64,000 nt of DNA from Candidatus Latescibacterota bacterium (GTDB lineage Bacteria > Latescibacterota > UBA2968 > GCA-2709665), in the NCBI GenBank assembly GCA_965219995.1, contig CBDCOX010000002.1, forward strand, positions 1,248,001 through 1,312,000. The letters are read 5' to 3'. Shown here one piece after another: positions 61,160-64,000 of the stretch; position 1 is the stretch's first letter, and every line of letters begins with the position of its first letter. The position numbers were made by a program, and so were the translations under genes. A model generated the notes under the pieces. That model was not told where the DNA came from. It saw only the letters and a program-made list of their open reading frames with translations, and made no database searches.

Positions 61160-61867
61160 GTGAATACGAACGTCGCCACAAGCCGAAGAACCTTAGCCCT
61201 GCTATCGACGCTGGTTCTGTGTCTTGCGCTTACTGGGAGTTGTGCCGATCAGGACATAAGCGAGACGCCGGAACGCGATGAATCGGCTGCCGCGGCCGAA
61301 AGCGGCGCGTCGATCGTGAATCCCAATTTGGCCCTTGTCGACGAACTCAGCGCGCTCCCGGGGATGACGCCGGAGCTTGCCGACGCCATTCTGCAACAGC
61401 GTCCGCATCTCAATATGGAAGCGCTGCACTCGGTCGTCACACAGCATATAAGCCGGGAGGAAGCTGAAAAGCTCTACGTGGGCATGTTCGTTCCGATCGA
61501 CCTGAACCGCGCCGGCAACCGGGAGATTCGCCTCGTGCCGGGCGTGGGAGAGCGAATCGCGCACGAGTTTGAGGAGTACCGCCCGTATACGGCCATCGCC
61601 CAATGGAAGCGCGAAATGGGCAAATACCTTGACGACGCCGAGGTGGAACGCATGGGTCGGTACGTCTTCGTGCCCATCGACCTGAATACGGCCACAGAAG
61701 CCGAAATCCTCGCCATCCCCGGCGTGGGCAAACGCATGGCGCACGAGTTCGAGGAGTACCGCCCGTATACGAACATGGAACAGTTCAGACGTGAGATCGG
61801 CAAGTACGTCAATGAAGACGAGGTCGCGCGACTGGAGCGGTACGTAGAGATTCGACCGCAGGATTGA
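61160..61867 (+). CDS. Helix-hairpin-helix (ComEA-like) repeat lipoprotein
   Basis: Lipobox TGSC; two near-identical 60-aa IDLN.A...I..PGVG.R.AHEFEEYRPY repeats plus one diverged repeat. Confidence 0.8.
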   Translation: MNTNVATSRRTLALLSTLVLCLALTGSCADQDISETPERDESAAAAESGASIVNPNLALVDELSALPGMTPELADAILQQRPHLNMEALHSVVTQHISREEAEKLYVGMFVPIDLNRAGNREIRLVPGVGERIAHEFEEYRPYTAIAQWKREMGKYLDDAEVERMGRYVFVPIDLNTATEAEILAIPGVGKRMAHEFEEYRPYTNMEQFRREIGKYVNEDEVARLERYVEIRPQD

Positions 61868-61902
61868 GACCGACCCCCAGCTGCAGCCAGACCGATGTGC
61901 AA

Positions 61903-61940
61903 GAAAAGACCCCGCGACGAAATGCCCGCGGGGTCTTTTC
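61903..61940. terminator. Bidirectional intrinsic terminator
   Basis: GAAAAGACCCCGCG-N10-CGCGGGGTCTTTTC between convergent genes. Confidence 0.75.
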
Positions 61941-61964
61941 GTATCCGATGCAGGAGGGCCGCTT

Positions 61965-62270
61965 TCAGCCGGTCTCGTACCGCTTAACGTTGATTTCGCC
62001 TGACCGGGCTCGCATCCGTACGGCGTCGTACCAGGCCTGCATCCGCAGGAGCATCTCCATGCTTACGTCGAAGCACTTCTCGATGCGCAGAGCCATCTCC
62101 GCCGACAGGGCGGCGTGTCCGTTCAGCAGGGCCGAAAGCGTCGCACGGCGGACACCGAGCATTCGCGCCGCCTGTGTCACGTTCAGTCCCGATTCCTCGA
62201 TGACCTCGGTTCGGATAAAATCGCCCGGATGCGATGGGGTCATGCTTACGTCGATTCTGTTTGTATCCAT
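61965..62270 (-). CDS. higA: HigA family antitoxin (no adjacent toxin)
   Basis: HPGDFIR, VTQAA..LGVRRATLS.LLNG, MALRIEK.F. Confidence 0.88.
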   Translation of the reverse strand: MDTNRIDVSMTPSHPGDFIRTEVIEESGLNVTQAARMLGVRRATLSALLNGHAALSAEMALRIEKCFDVSMEMLLRMQAWYDAVRMRARSGEINVKRYETG

Positions 62271-62395
62271 TGTCGTAGCCTGCCACGTTCACGCTGTCGA
62301 TGCGACAGCGCTCTTCTTTCTCCGCGACTCACGGGTTGAAATCGGGGCCCATCGCCAGCTCCGCTGGTTACTTGCAAGGCCTAGCCGCGCCGTCC

Positions 62396-62848
62396 CTACG
62401 TTTTGTTCAAGGACTTGGCCATTAGTTTCCTTGCCTTTGGAATGCGAGCAGCAATAGCCTTAAAACTGGGGCCCTTCCGCACATCGGCTAAGCCGTCGGT
62501 GCCATAATTGTCGTAGTATTCTTCGACCAACCGAACATACTCTTCGCAATAGTAAAGCTCTTGCCTGTAATTTTTCGCCTTCCTGGAGAGGATGGCCACC
62601 CGCTCGAAATAGTAAGGTGCCGCAACCAGGCCCGCAGATTCCATCGTCTTCAACTCCGCGTCGCAGCACCTTTTCATGTATTCAATGTCATGCTTGTTCT
62701 GGTCTGCGTGTTCCCATGTCTGTTTGCCGTCCACCAGGTTTGCGCCGTCGGTTAGCTCCGCGATCAACTCGCCGCTCGTCTTCGGTATACCGCTGTCCTT
62801 TAGCAACGAGGAATTCCTTTTTTGGTACAATTTCCTGAAAAGCCTCAT
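62396..62848 (-). CDS. Hypothetical protein with a TPR-like helix pair
   Basis: APYYFERVAILSRKAKNYRQE; GAGGGAG RBS. Confidence 0.65.
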   Translation of the reverse strand: MRLFRKLYQKRNSSLLKDSGIPKTSGELIAELTDGANLVDGKQTWEHADQNKHDIEYMKRCCDAELKTMESAGLVAAPYYFERVAILSRKAKNYRQELYYCEEYVRLVEEYYDNYGTDGLADVRKGPSFKAIAARIPKARKLMAKSLNKT

Positions 62849-62875
62849 TAGATTTCTCCCTCATTGTGCCCTACG

Positions 62876-63727
62876 TCATCGCGGCAAAAAGAACTCTGGA
62901 CACTTCGCGTGAATTAAATCCTCCGCGTACCTCTTGAAATACAGATCGATGTCGTAAGAATAAAACGTCTCAAATGCGCCGTGTGATTCGAAACTAAGTG
63001 GGAATAGCCGAGCTTCTGGAACTGCAGGTGCAAAGAACCGCACCTCCCGCTCTGGGCCAAACTGAGACCGCTTTCGAAATGCGGGATGTCGTCGAAGTTC
63101 GTCCTCGGTGTACTCAACAAGGCCAGACATAAGGTATTCTTGCCCATCAGCCTCGTCGAGCAGATAACGAAAAATCGATTTCAAACGGCGGTAGGTAGTT
63201 TTGATTCCAACGCCGTCGCGGCCTCCGGCGTAGTTGCGCCACATCAGGTCCGATGCACCAAAGGGTTCGACAATCGTCCAACACGATGCGGTTCCGTGCG
63301 GATACTTGACGCGTGTGGCAGCGTTTACGAACATGCTGCGGACATCGTTTCTGAAGAGGTCGTCAACACCGTCACCATTACCGCTCTGGTTTATGAAATC
63401 TTCCAACCCATTCTTGTGTGCACGAAGGACGCCGGATGGATAAGATCCATCATAGGGATCGTCATAGTATCGGGGTGGCGCCAAATACAGCCCTGGGTTC
63501 GCCAGGAAGTGAATGAACTTCGCATGCGAGAGGATCCGACCAACGACGGTATCTTCCGCAGGTTCGATAGGCGGTTCAAATTGATATTGCTGTATCTGCA
63601 GTTGCAGTATCGCCTCAAAGCGTTTCTTTTTATCTGCGCACGTTTTGTCCATGCGCAGCGTCTCGAATGCTGCAACAACGTCCTCGCTCAGAGCAATTCC
63701 TGGAACTGCGTTTTGGCAATTAACCAT
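62876..63727 (-). CDS. DUF2971-like protein
   Basis: DDPYDG, SCWT, LMWRNYA...GVGI, VEY, KR..F..EREVR. Confidence 0.7.
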   Translation of the reverse strand: MVNCQNAVPGIALSEDVVAAFETLRMDKTCADKKKRFEAILQLQIQQYQFEPPIEPAEDTVVGRILSHAKFIHFLANPGLYLAPPRYYDDPYDGSYPSGVLRAHKNGLEDFINQSGNGDGVDDLFRNDVRSMFVNAATRVKYPHGTASCWTIVEPFGASDLMWRNYAGGRDGVGIKTTYRRLKSIFRYLLDEADGQEYLMSGLVEYTEDELRRHPAFRKRSQFGPEREVRFFAPAVPEARLFPLSFESHGAFETFYSYDIDLYFKRYAEDLIHAKCPEFFLPR

Positions 63728-64000
63728 TGGTCATCCAATTAGAGACGACTGGTTTCAACCGTGAACCAGCTCGTCGCCTGCGCTCTGAAGGGATAAGTTG
63801 GTTTTTTAATATTGTGCGATGTTCCGCAGCCAAAACTATTACCGGATTTCCGCCATCAGTGGTCTCCCAAATTGCTACAGCATCAAGAAGTGTTTCGCCG
63901 AATTGCAGAACATGAAATCCTCTCTGTTAGGCGCGAATTTGACGCGTATGCCTTGGGCCTTTCGGTGTCTCGAGTTACCATGCCGGTGAAGCAACCCTAC

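Noticed and set aside
63720-64000. Possible partial gene at the window end
   Set aside because: No single minus-strand frame stays open across the region and no motif is recognisable.

Overview
High-GC diderm bacterial chromosome segment. Its gene style (many signal-peptide proteins tagged with paired EF-hand/dockerin-like repeats, WD40/NHL/ankyrin/TPR repeats) suggests a Latescibacterota/Gemmatimonadota-like, possibly host-associated lineage; this is inference. 1-12.4 kb: catabolic enzymes and a large WD40 metallopeptidase-like exoprotein whose C-terminal tag is split off by a frameshift. 12.4-22.1 kb: an AT-richer accessory region of secreted/membrane proteins, mobile-element scars and a duplicated 3' end of an Ldh_2 gene. 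22-39 kb: Ldh_2, two sigma54 activators, Lut-like genes and an Omp85-DUF4390-NtrY-NtrX-Omp85 operon with a visible sigma54 promoter and candidate enhancer. 39-54 kb: core housekeeping genes (ahcY, metK, ptsI, ptsH, GGGP synthase, alaS, recX, recA with a GAAC-N4-GTTC SOS box, thpR, pgpA, pgsA, recR, ybaB, dnaX, long Alu-type SRP RNA). 54-64 kb: four tRNAs with small defence-like islets (Mrr, NYN, orphan HigA, DUF2971-like). No CRISPR array, intact transposase or integrase was seen. Family assignments are by eye from motifs, not from database searches.
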